Assembly: GCF_009834535.1 (NCBI RefSeq)
Contig: NC_045697.1
Span: 47,060,001-47,124,000, forward strand
Origin: Camelus ferus
Taxonomy: Eukaryota
Reading direction: 5' to 3'
Length of the DNA: 64,000 bases
In this document: positions 1 through 13,644 of the stretch, piece after piece
How positions within the stretch are numbered: the first letter of the stretch is position 1
Layout of the letters: each line of letters begins with the position of its first letter
Notes under the pieces: model-generated
Told to the model about the DNA's origin: nothing
The model's input: only the letters and a program-made list of their open reading frames with translations
Database searches by the model: none
Program-made: the position numbers and the translations under genes

Positions 1-1483
1 AATCTTGAACAGATAGGGTCATTATTACACCAGCCCCATTTCAGAAATAATGTATTTTTAAAAAATCAGCCGATAGCAGCCATTTCCAGCTTTCCAATTA
101 TCTTTAAGAAAAGCTTATTCTGTGGACAATAAAGCACATTACTGCACAATATGATACAGTCCATAAAGATCACAATGTTTTATGAAAGGTTAAAGAAAGC
201 TCAGCACATTTAGGGGAATGTCATAACCCGCAAAGTCTTTCAAGACTCAGCTGCAGCCGTGGGCAGGCTGTGCAAACATTGTGCTAGGCGATGCAGAATT
301 CCTTTTTCAGTATCAAAACAGTGAAAAAGAAAGCATATGCCAGGATGCTTCTATTGTGAAACCTGGGATTTCTACAGATAAGATGAGAGAGGAAATGAAA
401 CCACAAGAAGTATCTCTCTTCATTTCTGAAGCCATCAGATTCACTCAATAGGAGAGTTCTATGCTGACAAGAAGGCAACTCTATTTTCTTGGAACCCAGT
501 GCCAGCTTTCTTGTTTTCTCTTCAAGCAACTTTTTTCATGCTGTTTCATCAATATTAACAAAAACTACAGCAAATAAGGAAAAAGGTCTCTGACTTTTTC
601 CCCATCCTTCATAAAATGCCCTAGTAGTTTTAAACGACTAAGGAGGAAGGGATGTGTGCCGTGATATTCAAAGTTATAATTAAGTAAAGGAAATTAAAAA
701 TTCTCAGATGCCTGATAAAAGATTGTTTCACTATAAGAGTATGGGGATTTAGAGATCAACCCATTTTCTTCTTCTGTACTAACGAACCACTGCAAGAAAC
801 GGTTTCAGAGGCTATTGCTCCCTTATCAAATTGAGAAGAAGAACTCACTCCACAGAGAGAACTGATCAGCTACTATGGGCAAGGCTACAAAAGGGAAAGG
901 GCATAAAGGAGACTCAATCTCAGTCCCTCAAGAAATTGATGCATATCAAAGGGGGTGGGGGTTGGACCACTTAAAGGAATGTTATATTTAGCTTAAAATT
1001 AGAATGAAGAACAAGATGGAAAATGATCCCGTCAGATTCATTCAACCTACCAGAACCGTAAGAACAAAGTGATGCTGCAAACATCTGAAATCATAGTTTA
1101 AGGTAAATAAAAGCTTTGAAGAAGCTTAAGAGAGTCCCTGATACTTAACTCCACACTATCCAGGGATGGGGGAAACAGCTGTATCTTTTAAATACCATGA
1201 AAAAGAAAAGAAGTCATCATGAGAGGACCCACTGATGTCTAAATTATTATTTTTAAAAATTGGTTGTTAAATAAAATTCAGTTGCTTCATATCAAGTACA
1301 AGATTTTATAATTTTGAGATTATACAACTAACACTGAGTTTAGGAAATAAATTACCCTTGACATCATCATAATCCAAACAGACACTTAGGCCATATTTAA
1401 ATATTTTATTTAAAGGAAACAGCAGAGGCTGAGCTAAATATGCTCCGTTTATTCTTCCAATAAGATAAATACCTTAGAAGATG

Positions 1484-1806
1484 TGTCTTAGTCCATTCAG
1501 GCTGCTATAACAAAATACCACAGATGAGACAGCTTATAAACAGCAGAAACGTATTTCTCACGGTTCTAAAGGCAGGAAGGCCGAGATCAGGGTGCCAGCA
1601 ACGGTCGGGTGAGGGCTCTTTCAGGTCGCAGACTTCTCGCTGTATAATCACGTGGGAAAAGGGCAAGGACACTCTCTCAAGCCTCCTTTATAAGGACATT
1701 AATCTCCTAATGCCCTCCCAAAGACCCCACTTCCTCTACCATCATGCTGGATGTTGGGGTTTGAACATGCAAATTTGGCAAAGACAAAGACATTCAGACC
1801 ACAGCA
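1484..1806 (-). mobile_element. MaLR solo LTR, MLT1A-like
   Basis: TG...CA termini (tgtcttagtcc...gaccacagca) resembling the reverse MLT1A consensus; perfect 5-bp TSD AGATG at 1479-1483 and 1807-1811. Confidence 0.85.
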
Positions 1807-4212
1807 AGATGGGAGAAGAAAATGGTGAGAAGAAAAACTACCCTACTCTGTATCTCCAAAAGGCCAAAGTTTCTGTGTGATGGACCAGAATAGAAAGGGA
1901 GAGAGAATGAAGCCCCCTAACTGTCATTTGCATGATTGAGATTTATAAGTTAAAAAAAATAGATGAGATTGGATTGCATGTTTCTAGGGCTGAGACAGGT
2001 AGACTGAATAGAGGCAAAACTCTTCTCTTGATTGAACATTCCCATGCAGCGCTAGAGAGAAGAAACCAAAACATCGGCATTTCCACTCTAAAAGCTGTCC
2101 ATCCTGAACTTGCTAGCGCCCTCCTGCCAACCTGTCTGCCTTCCTTTCTTCACTTGCCCAGAGGAGGAAACATTGGGGGAAAGTTCAGGAGATACTTCCC
2201 TTCCATGTCCATGTAACTTGTGCCCGACTATGAGCAAAATTCTTACTACGAATAGAAAATGAGTCTTTGGTCATGTAATGAGCTGGGAAAAATAATTTTA
2301 CACTTCAGACTTTTGGGGGATTAAAAAAAAAAAAAAACACCTTGAAGAGTACTTGGAATAGGAGACAAGCCCTCAGGGGGACAGGCTGTGCTCTGAAGAA
2401 GACAAGGAGAGAAATGTTTGTTTTCCCAATGATGGGGGAAGCCAGGCTGGAAGGGAAGCAGGTGCAGTCAGAGAAAAGGCAGAAGGTGCACACAGTGACT
2501 TGTCAGAGCCTTCCAGATCTTTAATAAAACCCACAGAAACCTCACTGAATGTTTGATGTGAGTGGATTCCGTATAGAAACCAGTAAAACAGCAAAACAGT
2601 AACTTCAAAACACCCAAGGCAAAGGTGGGAACAGAAACCCATGAGCCAATGAAATCTGCAGATATCTTCAGGAAGCCTGAACTCTAAAGGGCAACCCTAC
2701 CTTGCTCTCAAGGTTAGAGTGGTCCCAACTGTCAGTCTGGAATAAGTTTTCTAACCCACCTTTTGGTCTACAAGGGAACTTTACAAGATAAGTCAATATG
2801 GGAAAAATGAATGAGGAACTTCTGGTATCACTTTTACCAGCACACTTTTCTGAGTGTAAGTGCACCTTAAATGTCATTTTAACTTTTTATGTGCATGTAA
2901 ATAGCTATTATTTCAGTTGCTGGAATATTAGTCATAACATCTAATGATGTGGAGATTGTTGCCTTATAAAACTCACAGCTGGGTGGCTACATGGCTCAAG
3001 GCAAAAGCCTATTTTAAAATCCATTGCTTTAGGAGGAGAATGTTTATTAAAACATTATATCTATTAAAAATATATGATGCATCATTGGTCATTCTCTGTG
3101 TTGTAATGCCAACCACAGTTTTCTCCAGCAAGGCTTTTTGAGTTGATACCTGGAAACCTGGCAAGGTCCACAGCCTAATTTACCAGTCCATCAAAAAATA
3201 AATAAATCCCAATAACCAGAAAGTAAATCACCAAAGGTGCCTGCATAGCAGCCCATAAACTCATGTTTACACAGGATCCGTGGGGGTAGCTTTTGCTGTC
3301 AGTCAAGTATTTCTAAGCTTGTAGGGAAGTAAATGTTCAAAAAGGAGTAAATGTTTGATCTTTTTGTAACAGAAGTTAAATGAATTAATAATAAAGATAC
3401 AGTGAGTGGGGCTCATATTTGTGAAATAGAGAAGTGAGATGAGAAAAAAAGGACAAGCTAACAACTAGGGTGACAAGGGCTAAAGAAACATTTAGAAAGA
3501 CAGGTCTCTTTATGCAATTAAGCTAGACTCTACCTTCAGTAGTTCTCACAATGTTATTCAAGTTATGGAGAAAAATGGATTTTTCATCAACTTAACAGCA
3601 ACAAACTGAGAATAACTTGTAAATACAAACAATTTCCAGAGAGATTTCTGACTTTCTTAATGTGCCATCAGTCCAGCCCTGCTGCTTGCTTGTGCTTAAA
3701 AAGAATACTTAATCTATGGATTTTCTATCACCTAAAATAAATATTTGATGAAGATATACTTGGTCTGAACCCAGCAGAAGTTCCGTAAACATATGTCACA
3801 CTGAATCCAAGTCTTTTAATTGCACCGATTTCCTTTCTGCTACCCGACTGCACAATTATTTTGCTGAATGCTACTTCCATCCAGATAGACAAAGAAAGGC
3901 AGAGATGGAAATGTTCAAAGAGGGTCAGTGTGACAAGGCACATGGAAAATTTTTTCAATAAGGCTGAAATTTGAGGAAGGCTCATCTTTGACTTTCAACT
4001 ACCTTAATTCTCTGTTCTTCACCCTCTTGGGGATGTAGAAGCAATGAAAAGGGTTATAATTGGAAAGCTGAACAAAGTAATTAAGCAAGCAACTTGAGCT
4101 AAGGCCAATGGCACAGAACCTATAAATCGATCTTTCCAGAGTCCAACTGAGTGCTCAGCTTTGTGCTGATCTTACTTCTCTGCTTTCCTTTTTCCACGCT
4201 CATTCACTGGTC

Positions 4213-4640
4213 TGTAGGATGCTCTGCGCACCACCCAGCTCCTTGCTTCAGGACCAAGGCACTCATTTCCCTGCTGCCTGGATATGCTGGCTGCTGTGGG
4301 TCACAGCTGAGATCTCCCTGGAGTTTTGCTCTCAGCAGAAGGGAGCTGCCTCCTCCCAAATCAGACTCCTCAGGGTCAGCCACATATCCAGCAACTGGTC
4401 AATATGGGGATACGAAGGCCCAGTCCCCTCACCTCAACTTAGGATATCTCTGAAGGGCTTTTCAAACTTCAGAGCTTCGTGTGGGATCAGCTGAGAGCTC
4501 TGTTGCAACTGTACTACAATTCAGCTCTCCTTCTGCCCAATCCTGCTTCCCAAACAAGTGTTGCTCCTAAAAGACTCCTTTAAAAATTTTCTGTACACAA
4601 ATCTCTGGCTCAGATTGACTCCCAAGAACCTGACCCACAG
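4213..4640 (+). mobile_element. ERVL LTR, LTR16-like
   Basis: Resembles the LTR16 consensus (cttcaggaccaaggcactcatt..., ccttctgcccaatcctgcttcc, aaatctctggctcaga...gaacctgacc); boundaries approximate. Confidence 0.65.
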
Positions 4641-5294
4641 AAGGGTCTTTCTTAACTTATAGCAAAACTGAACTGAGACACAGAGAGGAAAAACCTCACT
4701 GAGAAACACCCAATGTCTGTCTATTGCCACTTTTTTGTTCATGACCCCTCCTTACTGCTCCACCGAAGAGGCACCCCCTTGCTAATAGCCATCTACCTTT
4801 TACCAAGGAGAGAAATAACACTGAACTGTCTAGAAAAGTGAGATTGGGGAAAGGAGATATGGAATAATTCAGGAGAACAGTAAATGTCTCAATATCATCT
4901 TATTCTAATACTCAGTGGCCTTTCTGGGACAATCTTGGTCATCATATTCCTGGAGCAGGAAAAGGAAATAGAACTGAAATTGAATAGCTTGTGAGAATAT
5001 CCAACAAAAACCAGACCCATTCTAATCAATTTCCACCTTACTAAATCAGAAATTCCCTTGAATGAAGCTTTCTGCTGTAGCCCACCTGGGATTCCACAGT
5101 GAATGGAAATTTCAAAGCTTTCTTACTGCAATATGTTGGAAGGTCCAGGTCACCTCCATTCACCAAGTTCTTTCTCCAAATACCACGTTGTAATAGGTAA
5201 AATTATTCTCCAGTCCTCAGAGTAGTTCATCCAGACTTATTTAGAGGAAGAATAAATGTCTCAAAATGTAGAGTTTTTGCTTTGGTAATCATGA

Positions 5295-5780
5295 TATATT
5301 AATCTCCTATTGCTGCTTTACCAAATTACTATAAACATCGTGGCTTAAAATAGTAGAAACTTATTATCTTACTATTCTGTAGTTCAGAAGTCTGAAATTG
5401 GTCTTACAGGCTAAAGTCAAGATACTGGCAGGGCTATATTCTTTCTGGAGGCTCTAGGAAAGCGTCTGTTTCCTTACCTCCCCAGCTTCTGGAGGTTGCC
5501 TACATTCTTTGGCTTGTGGACCCATCTTCCATCTTCAAATTCCTCTCTCTGCTTCTATCACTACATCACCATTTTCTTCCTCTGACCTTCCTGGCTCTTT
5601 CTTACAAAGACCCTGGTGATGACATTGGGCTCAATAAATAATCCAGGATAATCTCCCTATCTCAAAACCCTTAACTTAATCACACAGGAAATCCCTTTTG
5701 TCATGTAAATTAACATATTCACAGGTTCTAAGCATTTGAGAGTAGACATCTTGAGGGAGAGCATCACTTGGCCTACCATA
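5295..5780 (-). mobile_element. MaLR solo LTR, MLT1D-like
   Basis: Typical MLT1 motifs (ttctggaggctctagg, aatccaggataatctcc, cttaacttaatcaca, cctaccata end); near-intact 5-bp TSD CATGA/CATGG. Confidence 0.8.
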
Positions 5781-6354
5781 CATGGCTATTCATTTTTACC
5801 AGGAAATGAAAAAGAATGATCTAACTCCCCCAGGAGAACTAGTTTTAAAGTTCAAGTCACAGTCTCACCTCATAAATACTGGTTCAGTGTCTTCTCCTAG
5901 TGCTACAGCTGCATCATCCAACATCACTGTACTAATTAGAAGCTCACCCATTCAGCTTCCTGGATTCTGCTAACTCAGCTGGGACCTTTAAATTTAGTCA
6001 AGCTATTTTTGTGGAAATTTTTCCCAATTTTACAGGGGTGGGAAGCTAGAAGCACAAGCTTCTTTTGGATATGCAAAAACTGAAACAACTTGGTGACTGA
6101 AAGTACACTCAAATACTTTCATGCACAATTCAAGAATCAAAGCAAATGGAATTGCAGAATTGGATAACTTGCAGGGCTTCTAGGGGGCCTATTTAGTGAG
6201 TTCTTTCATTCCACCAGTGAGAAAGCTAAGGAATAGAAAGATTAAGTCAAGCTCATTAGCCTCTTGAGTAGTAAATCCGAGACATGATATCTGTACCTTC
6301 TGCTTAATTGCCAGGAGGGGATGAAGGGAAGAAAGCAGGGGAAAAAAGGCATGC

Positions 6355-6474
6355 AGGAAGGAAGAAGGAAGGAAGGAAGGGGAGGGGACGGGAGAGAAGG
6401 GGAGGGAAGGGAAGGGAAGAGAAAGGGAGAGAAGGGAAGGGAAGGGAAGGGAAGGGAAGGGAAAGGAAGGAAAA
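6355..6474. repeat. Polypurine (GGAA)n/(GGGAA)n low-complexity repeat
   Basis: About 120 bp of almost pure A/G with tandem GGGAA units. Confidence 0.95.
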
Positions 6475-7784
6475 TGATTTGGGCATCCACCCTGCACCAG
6501 ACCTCACACAAGTCACTTTGCTTCATATTATCTATGTCATCCTTACAAATATCCTGGTGATAGAGGTATTGGCTTCATTTTTTATAGATCAGGAAACCAA
6601 GGTTCAAAAAGATCTGGTATGTCCACTCAAGTGCAGACATCCAGAACAGTCAGCTCTCAATCAAAGAGGATAAAGGGGAAAATGAATCAAAGTCATGTAT
6701 AATCCCAATACTGATTAAAACAAAACTAGTCAGAACTTGGTACCAAATGAATTTATATAAACATATTTCCTTGTAATTATATCTAATATTTAGGAACACA
6801 TTTACCACTCCACAGATGTCCAAAAATGTAAAAATAATTTTAGTGCAACTCATTAAGAACACTAAATACCACATGTGTCACTTGACAAGAAGTCACTAAA
6901 AGCTTGCTAAAAATCTAATTTCTATTTGCTTCCTACTTAATCTCTTTTTCTACAGGTTAGAACAGAACCAAGTTGGGCAAAGAAGTAGGTTCAGTGCTTC
7001 AGTCTTCCTCTTCCTCTTCCTCTTCCTTCCCTTTCTCATTTAATTCCTCCATCCTGTCCTTGTCATGCTTGAATCTACAGCCTCCTAAACTCCCTTTGCC
7101 TTTGCTTAAACTAGAGCTTCCTCCTTAAGGGCTCACTGATGGGGCCCAGAACTAGGAGTTGTATAGCTGGAGGGGGTCTGACAGTTACCAGACAGCTACA
7201 AGCAATGAAACCTTCAAATATGCACTTTTAATGCCCTTTCTATTAATCCAAGAAACAGAGAACATAATCCCAAATAACTGAGAAATGAGCATGACTAAGG
7301 AACTGAAAACTTAGCTTTCCAGGATTCCCAAGCCTTTTCTTCTTACCATTTACTGCCTATAAAGCAGGAAGCACAAGAGATTTATGCTCAACAGTTGGCT
7401 TAAAATCATAAATACACCCAGCATCATTCTGTGTTATGCTACAAAATAGGACCTGAAAGTTGTACATGAAGTGAAGTGAAGTTTCATAAAAAAAAAAAAT
7501 CACAAGTTGCCATTGACTCTGAAGATATTTACAGAGCTGTGTTCTACAAGTCCTGCAAATGAGATTCTCGCCTGGCCTGGAATGCCTCCCTAGCTCCTCC
7601 ACCAGACACCCCACCCTTCACACATACACACACGAACACATGTACACCCTCGCCTGGCTGAGTCTTTTCAGTCCTCATCAGGCAAGGCCTCCCAGACCCT
7701 CCAGACTAGGTTCAGTCCCCCCTCATCTTCTTATTGTCTCTGGAGCTCTTCTCACTGGTGTTGGTTGACTCATCCTTTGTCAGT

Positions 7785-8010
7785 AGGCTAGGATAAATGT
7801 TTGGGCACCAGGTTCTGGAGCCAGTCTTCCTGAGTTCAAGTATCAGCTCTGTCACTAACCAGCTGTGAGATCTTCAGTAAGTTTCTTAATCTTCTGTGCC
7901 TCAGTTTCTTCATCTGGGAACAGGAGATCAGAGTTCTCCCCTCCAAAGATTACTGGATGGAAGATGTGAGACAATACATGTATAGCATTTGGAAAATTGT
8001 CCAGCACATA
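7785..8010 (+). mobile_element. MIR SINE
   Basis: MIR core (ttcttaatcttctgtgcctcagtttcttcatctg); boundaries approximate. Confidence 0.7.
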
Positions 8011-8479
8011 GTAAGTTCTACACAAGTGTTTGCTATTATTATCCATGAGCTGTTGATTCTCCCTCAACAGACTGTAAGGTGCATGAGGGCTAGAGCTGTT
8101 TCTGTGTGGCTCCCCACTGCACTGCTAGTACCTAGGATCTGTGTTCACTAAGTCATTTTTGAAGAAATAAAGATGTGAAACCCCAGAGTTTCCTCTGCCA
8201 CCAATAAATCTATCTCATTCGTGGACCCAGCCACATTCACTGCCATCACTGCTGTTGGAGCTGCTATCATCACTGCTGCTCCAGCACCTTTACTGCTAGT
8301 TTCAAGCATCTGTAGCTCAAATGGCTATGGCAATTCAGGAAAAAGAGGGGCAGTTCTAAAATACAGTCATTCTAGCAGTAGCACTGTTAACAAACGTTTT
8401 GCTGATTCAGCTTGCATTTCACAGGTAACAAAAAGCCCTGGCTAAGCTTAGGGACAGTAAAGGCAGAAGCTAAAACAGT

Positions 8480-8985
8480 CAAACTTGGAAACAGAGAGTT
8501 GATTGGTGGTTTCCAGGCAAGAGGGGTAAAATGGGGAGACAACGTTTCAGCTATGCAGGATGAGTAAGTTCTGGGATCTAATGTTCAGCATGTGAGCACA
8601 GTTAATAATACTGTACTACATACTAAAAATGTTCTTTAAAAAAGTAGATCCTTCACAATATAGCACAGGGAAATGTATTCAAAATCTTATAATAACCTGT
8701 AATGGAAAATAATCTGGAAAAAATATGTATACATAAAACTGAATCACTTTGCTGTACACATGAAACTAATACAATATTGTAAATCAACTATAGTTCAATA
8801 AAGAAGAAGCAATGTAAAAACAACAACAAAAAAGTAGATCTTAAGTATTTTCACTAGAAAAAAGTAAACATGTGAGGTGATGGATATGTTAATTAGTTTG
8901 GTTGTGGTAATCATTTCACAATGTATACATATATCAAAATATCATGGTGTACACCTTAAATACATAAATTTTTCATTCGTCAAAA
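8480..8985 (+). mobile_element. Old L1 3' end (L1MA-type), interrupted by a younger L1 insertion
   Basis: L1MA 3'UTR motifs (gtagatcttaag..., tgtgaggtgatggatatgttaattag, aatcatttcacaatgtata). Confidence 0.75.
8651..8827 (+). mobile_element. 5'-truncated young L1 3' tail nested in older L1
   Basis: Tail gaatcactttgctgtacac...tgtaaatcaactata...aataaa plus A-rich end; 13-bp TSD AAAAAAGTAGATC at 8638-8650 and 8828-8840. Confidence 0.85.
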
Positions 8986-9154
8986 AATAAGCCCCCCCAA
9001 AAAAAGAGTGACAAAAAAAGAAGGCAGGAGTTTAAGCTTGGTAAGGAATAAAGACTGTAGAAATTCAACAAGTGCAAATTCATAGCTAGGCTCCACCAAC
9101 AAGATATAAAATAATAAGAACAACAATGAAAATACTAAGATGCTTTCCAGGAGG

Positions 9155-9410
9155 CACCATAGCAGAGGTGTCACGAGCACAAGATCTAGATCCTGACTCT
9201 CTGGGTTCCAAGCCCAGCTTGATCATTTAACTAACTGTGAAATGCTAAGCAAGTTTAACTTTCATGTGTTTCAGCTTCCTCATCTGAAAAATGAGGATAA
9301 AAACAGTACCAGTCTCCCAGAGTTACAGTAAGGATTAAACGAACAACTTTTTGTGATGAACTGGAACAGAGAGTGGCACAAAGGAACCATTCAGTAAATG
9401 TCGGTTACTT
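9155..9410 (+). mobile_element. MIR SINE
   Basis: Core tcagcttcctcatctgaaaaatgaggataa...aggattaaa; boundaries approximate. Confidence 0.7.
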
Positions 9411-9426
9411 CTGTTAAATCAAAGAA

Positions 9427-9947
9427 TGTTACGACTTTGTTAAATTAAAACTCATTAAGTGGAACACAGGGTGCCAGATAGTGGTCAACAAAAGACCACA
9501 ACAGAAGTTGAAAGAGAGTTCTTCACTCACAGGTCCTAGAGGAAGTATGTAACATGCCTCAAGGGGCCACACTTTCAGGAGAGCAATAGGACCTGGGGCA
9601 GTTACCTTTAATAGGGTCCAGGGGTGGGGTGCTTTGGGGTTCCAGGGCTGAGGCCGAATTGGTCAATTCAAACCAAAAAGAGTAGAGTTTTGGTAAGCTG
9701 AAAAGGGGTCTTATCTAAGGGGTGCCCAGGCGAAGGCCCTAGGAGGCAGGGGAAATTTCATCTTAAGGACTATTGGGGAGGTCCTAATAGGAACTTACTT
9801 TGTTTGTGCCTCTGCGGGCTGTCCTGTAGGGCATGCATTTGCATGAGAGGACTCAGTGTCAGCTTAAGTCCCCTACAGGTTGCTTGGCCAAACAAAATGG
9901 ATGCCCAGGGAGCAATACAGTGGAGTAGCTTAGCTAAACTCTGGACA
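9427..9947. mobile_element. Probable solo ERV LTR, family unassigned
   Basis: TG...CA bounded 521-bp segment, more GC-rich than its flanks, with flanking AAGAA/AAGAG near-TSD. Confidence 0.5.
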
Positions 9948-10139
9948 AAGAGTTTTCACAAACATTATCTCAAGGGACCAGTGGAGAGAGTTCTCCATGC
10001 ATATGTGGTGTCCACACCCACACACACATGTATCATGATCTTTTATTCCCCACCTCACATTATCACTACACCTTGAAATAGTAAGTGCACACTCTCTCAG
10101 TCCTTTTCCTGGGGCTCTCGTACAAATCCAAGGGTTCTA

Positions 10140-12960
10140 CCTCAAAAGGATATCATTATCAAAAGGACATGATGATCCTAATGTTTATACACCTAATAAC
10201 AGAGGCCAAAATACATGAAGCAAAACTGACAGAACGCCAAGGGGAATTAGAAAAATACACATTTATAGATTGGGATTTAAATGCTCTACTCTCAATAATA
10301 GCAAAGAAAATTATACAGAAAATCAGGATAAGTACAGAGGAAGTTCAATCATGTATGAATTTCAAAATAGTTATACTGTATGAAAGAAGCCAGATTCCAA
10401 AAAAAAAAAAAAAAAAGTAGAAACTATATGATTTTGCTAAAGCAGAACTTGGGGGAAATTTAAAGTAACAGATGTGTATATTAGAAATTTTTTTAAAATC
10501 TCAAATCAATAATCTCAGTTTCTACCTTAAGAATCTAAAAGGAAAAAATGAGTTAAAGTAGGGTAACTTAAATAGAAAAGGAAACACTAATTATCAAGAG
10601 GGGACCTGCTATACATATTAAAATAATACTCGGGAAATTCTAAACAAACTTATGCCAATAAATTTGTCAAGTTAGATAAAATAAATAAAAATTTTAAAAG
10701 ATACAAACTACCAAGGCTCACTCAAGAAAAAGCAGATAACATGGACAGCCCTATATTTCATTAAAGAAGTTAGATTTGTAGTTAAAAACCTTCTGTCTAA
10801 AAAAACTTCAGGCCCAGATGGTTTCACTGGGGAATTTTACCAAGCATTTAAGAAAGAAAGAATGCCAATCCTACATAACCTCTTCCAGAAAATTGAAAAA
10901 GAGTGAATACTTTCCAATTTATACTATGAGACCAGCATTACCCTGATACCACAAAAAAAAAAAAAAGACAAAGAAAATTTCAGACCAATATTCTTCATGA
11001 AAACATATGTAAAAATTCTAACAAAATTTTAGAAATTGAATCCAATAATATATAAAAAAAAAATAACATACCACGACAAACTGAGGTTTATCCCAGGAAC
11101 GTACTGTTGCTTTAACATGAGAAATCTCCCCATGCTATTCAGCATATTAACAAACCAAAAAAGGAAAACCATATGATCTTTGCAAAATAGGCACATAAAG
11201 CACTTGACAAAATCCAACATCCGTTCTGATAAAAAATCACATAGCAAAGTAGGAATTGAAAGGAATCTTCTCAACCAGATAGAAAGCACCTATGAAAAGT
11301 TTACAGCTAGTATCATACTTAAAGATGAAAATTTGGAACAAGACAAAAATATCAATTTCATAACTTCTGTTTGACTCTGTACTGGAGATTCTAGCTAGTG
11401 CAATAAAGTAAGAAAAATGAATAAAGGGCATACAAATCAGAATAAACAGCATGCAAAACTGTCTCTATTCACAGACAACATGATCATCCATGTGAAAGTA
11501 AAAGCTACTAATAAGTGAGATTTAAGGATTTAAGATCAGCATACAAAAATCAGTTCAATTCCTATATGTCAGCAAAAAGTAATTGGAAATTGAATATTTA
11601 AAATATCACTTATAATAGCATAAAAATACAAAATACTTAGGAATAAATCATACAAAAATGTGGAAAACCTGTACACCGAAAATCTCAGAATACTGTTCAG
11701 GAGAACCAAAGAAAAATAAAATATATAGAAAGATATAACATACGCATTGATCAAAAGACTCAAAATTGTTAAGATGTAATTTAACCCCAAACTGATCTAC
11801 AGATTCAAAGTTCCAGCAGGCTTTTTACAGAAACTGACAAACTGAAACTCACAAAACACATATGTAAATGCAAAGAACCTAAAATAGTCAAAAAGAAAAG
11901 AAAACAAAAATAGTGTTGGAGATTTAATACTACCTGATTTTAAGACTTCTTATAATCAAAGTTATGAGGAGAATATGGTATTTGTATAAATATATACCTA
12001 CAGATCAATGAAGAAATAGACCCACACATATATGGACAATTGTTTTCCACATTGCAAAGGAAATTCAATGGAGGAAGAAGAGTCTTTTCAACAGTGATGC
12101 AGGAACAACTGGATGCCCATAATCAAAAGCAAATCCATGACTGCATAGGGACGAGAAAGGTATGAAGGGATTAAAGGAAGGTGCCATGGAAAACTTTCGA
12201 GACAACATATTTCTATATATTAGCAAAAAAACAATTGAAAAGTAAAAGTTAGAGAGCAGTATCATATAAAACAGCATCAAAAATACCTAAGAAATTTATC
12301 GCTATGCAAAACTTCTCTGAAAACTATAAAACATTTCTGATAAGAATTAAAGATCCGAATAAATGGAGCAAAGGACCACATGCATAGATTTGAACTTTCA
12401 ACATTGTTGTTATCTATCCTGCCCAAAGTATTTATACATTCAATGCAAACCGTATAAAATCCCAACAGTCTTTTTTGAATAAATTGACAAGTTGATTCTA
12501 AAATTCATATGGAAGCGCAAATGATCTAAATTATACAACACGGTATTTTAAAAGGACAAAGTTGGAGGACTTACACTAGCTGATAAAGCTATCAAGACAG
12601 TGTGGTGTTGGCTTAAAGAAACAGGAACAAATAGAATAGATCGGAAAGCTCAGAAATACATCCACAACACTTCTGGGCAATTGATTATCAACCAAGGTGT
12701 CATGTAAATTTACAATGAAAAGAAACTCTTTTTTTGCAAATGGTACTGGAACAATTAGACATCCAAGTGGGAAAAAAAAAGTAAACCTCAACTCCTACCT
12801 CACTCCATGCACAAAAATTGATGTGAGATGTAACATAGCTCCTCACAAAAATTCGGGAACCATGAAGTTTCTAGAAGAAAGCACAGGATAATATTTTCAT
12901 AATCTTAGACTCGGTAAAGATTTCATAGAAAAATAAAATTACTAGTCATAAAAAAGACTG
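10140..12960 (+). mobile_element. Degraded L1 ORF2 fragments (at least two copies)
   Basis: A-rich L1 ORF2 motifs (ggcccagatggtttcactgg, agcattaccctgatacca, acagacaacatgatc, gtcttttcaacag); many stops and frameshifts. Confidence 0.9.
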
Positions 12961-13603
12961 TCTTATCCTTCTAAAAAATGAAGTATTATTTTAAAAGTCC
13001 CTTTCCCACCATCCACAATACTGCCTCCCCACTCCCTTCTTCAATACAATAAGCTCTTTACAATTAATTGTTGTGGGCAGTGGTATCAATATTGTTATTA
13101 ATGGCGGCAGTGGTGGTGATTGTAGAACTAGTGGTAGAAAAGAAAGGAGTACTAGTAGAGGAGGAGAAACAGGAGGAAGAAAAAGAAAGAAAAGGAGGAG
13201 CAGCAGAATTTAGCTATCCCTCCACTAAAGGGCAAATATGAATAATTCCAGTTTCTCAATATTACAAAAAAGCTACAATAAACAGCCCTGTACATGTCTC
13301 CTTGTACATACGAGCTAGTATATCTAAAGTGGAATTTGGTGATCATAAAAATTGCCCTCAAAGTGCTTATACCTCATTAAAGTCTATGAGTACATAAGGC
13401 ATTTAGGGGAAGAAAAGCTGTAGCTTCTGTAATATCACTGCAATTGATTCCCTTTGCAAAGTATAATAAATGTTTAGTTGTGGTTTTGAAAATGTGCAGT
13501 TTAGTGAGAGATAGACATAGATACAAATAAGCACATATGGTAAATACGTCAAGTTGCTCAGGAGTAAAAAGTAGAAAACTGCCTAGGAAAGCCAGGGAGG
13601 ATA

Positions 13604-13644
13604 CACACACGCAGGCGCACACACACACACACACACACACACAC
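13604..13644. repeat. (CA)n microsatellite, interrupted
   Basis: acacacacgcaggcgcacacacac... run. Confidence 0.95.

Noticed and set aside
6189..6673. Several overlapping ORFs with FPSLP/GREGK repeats
   Set aside because: Translations of the (GGGAA)n repeat
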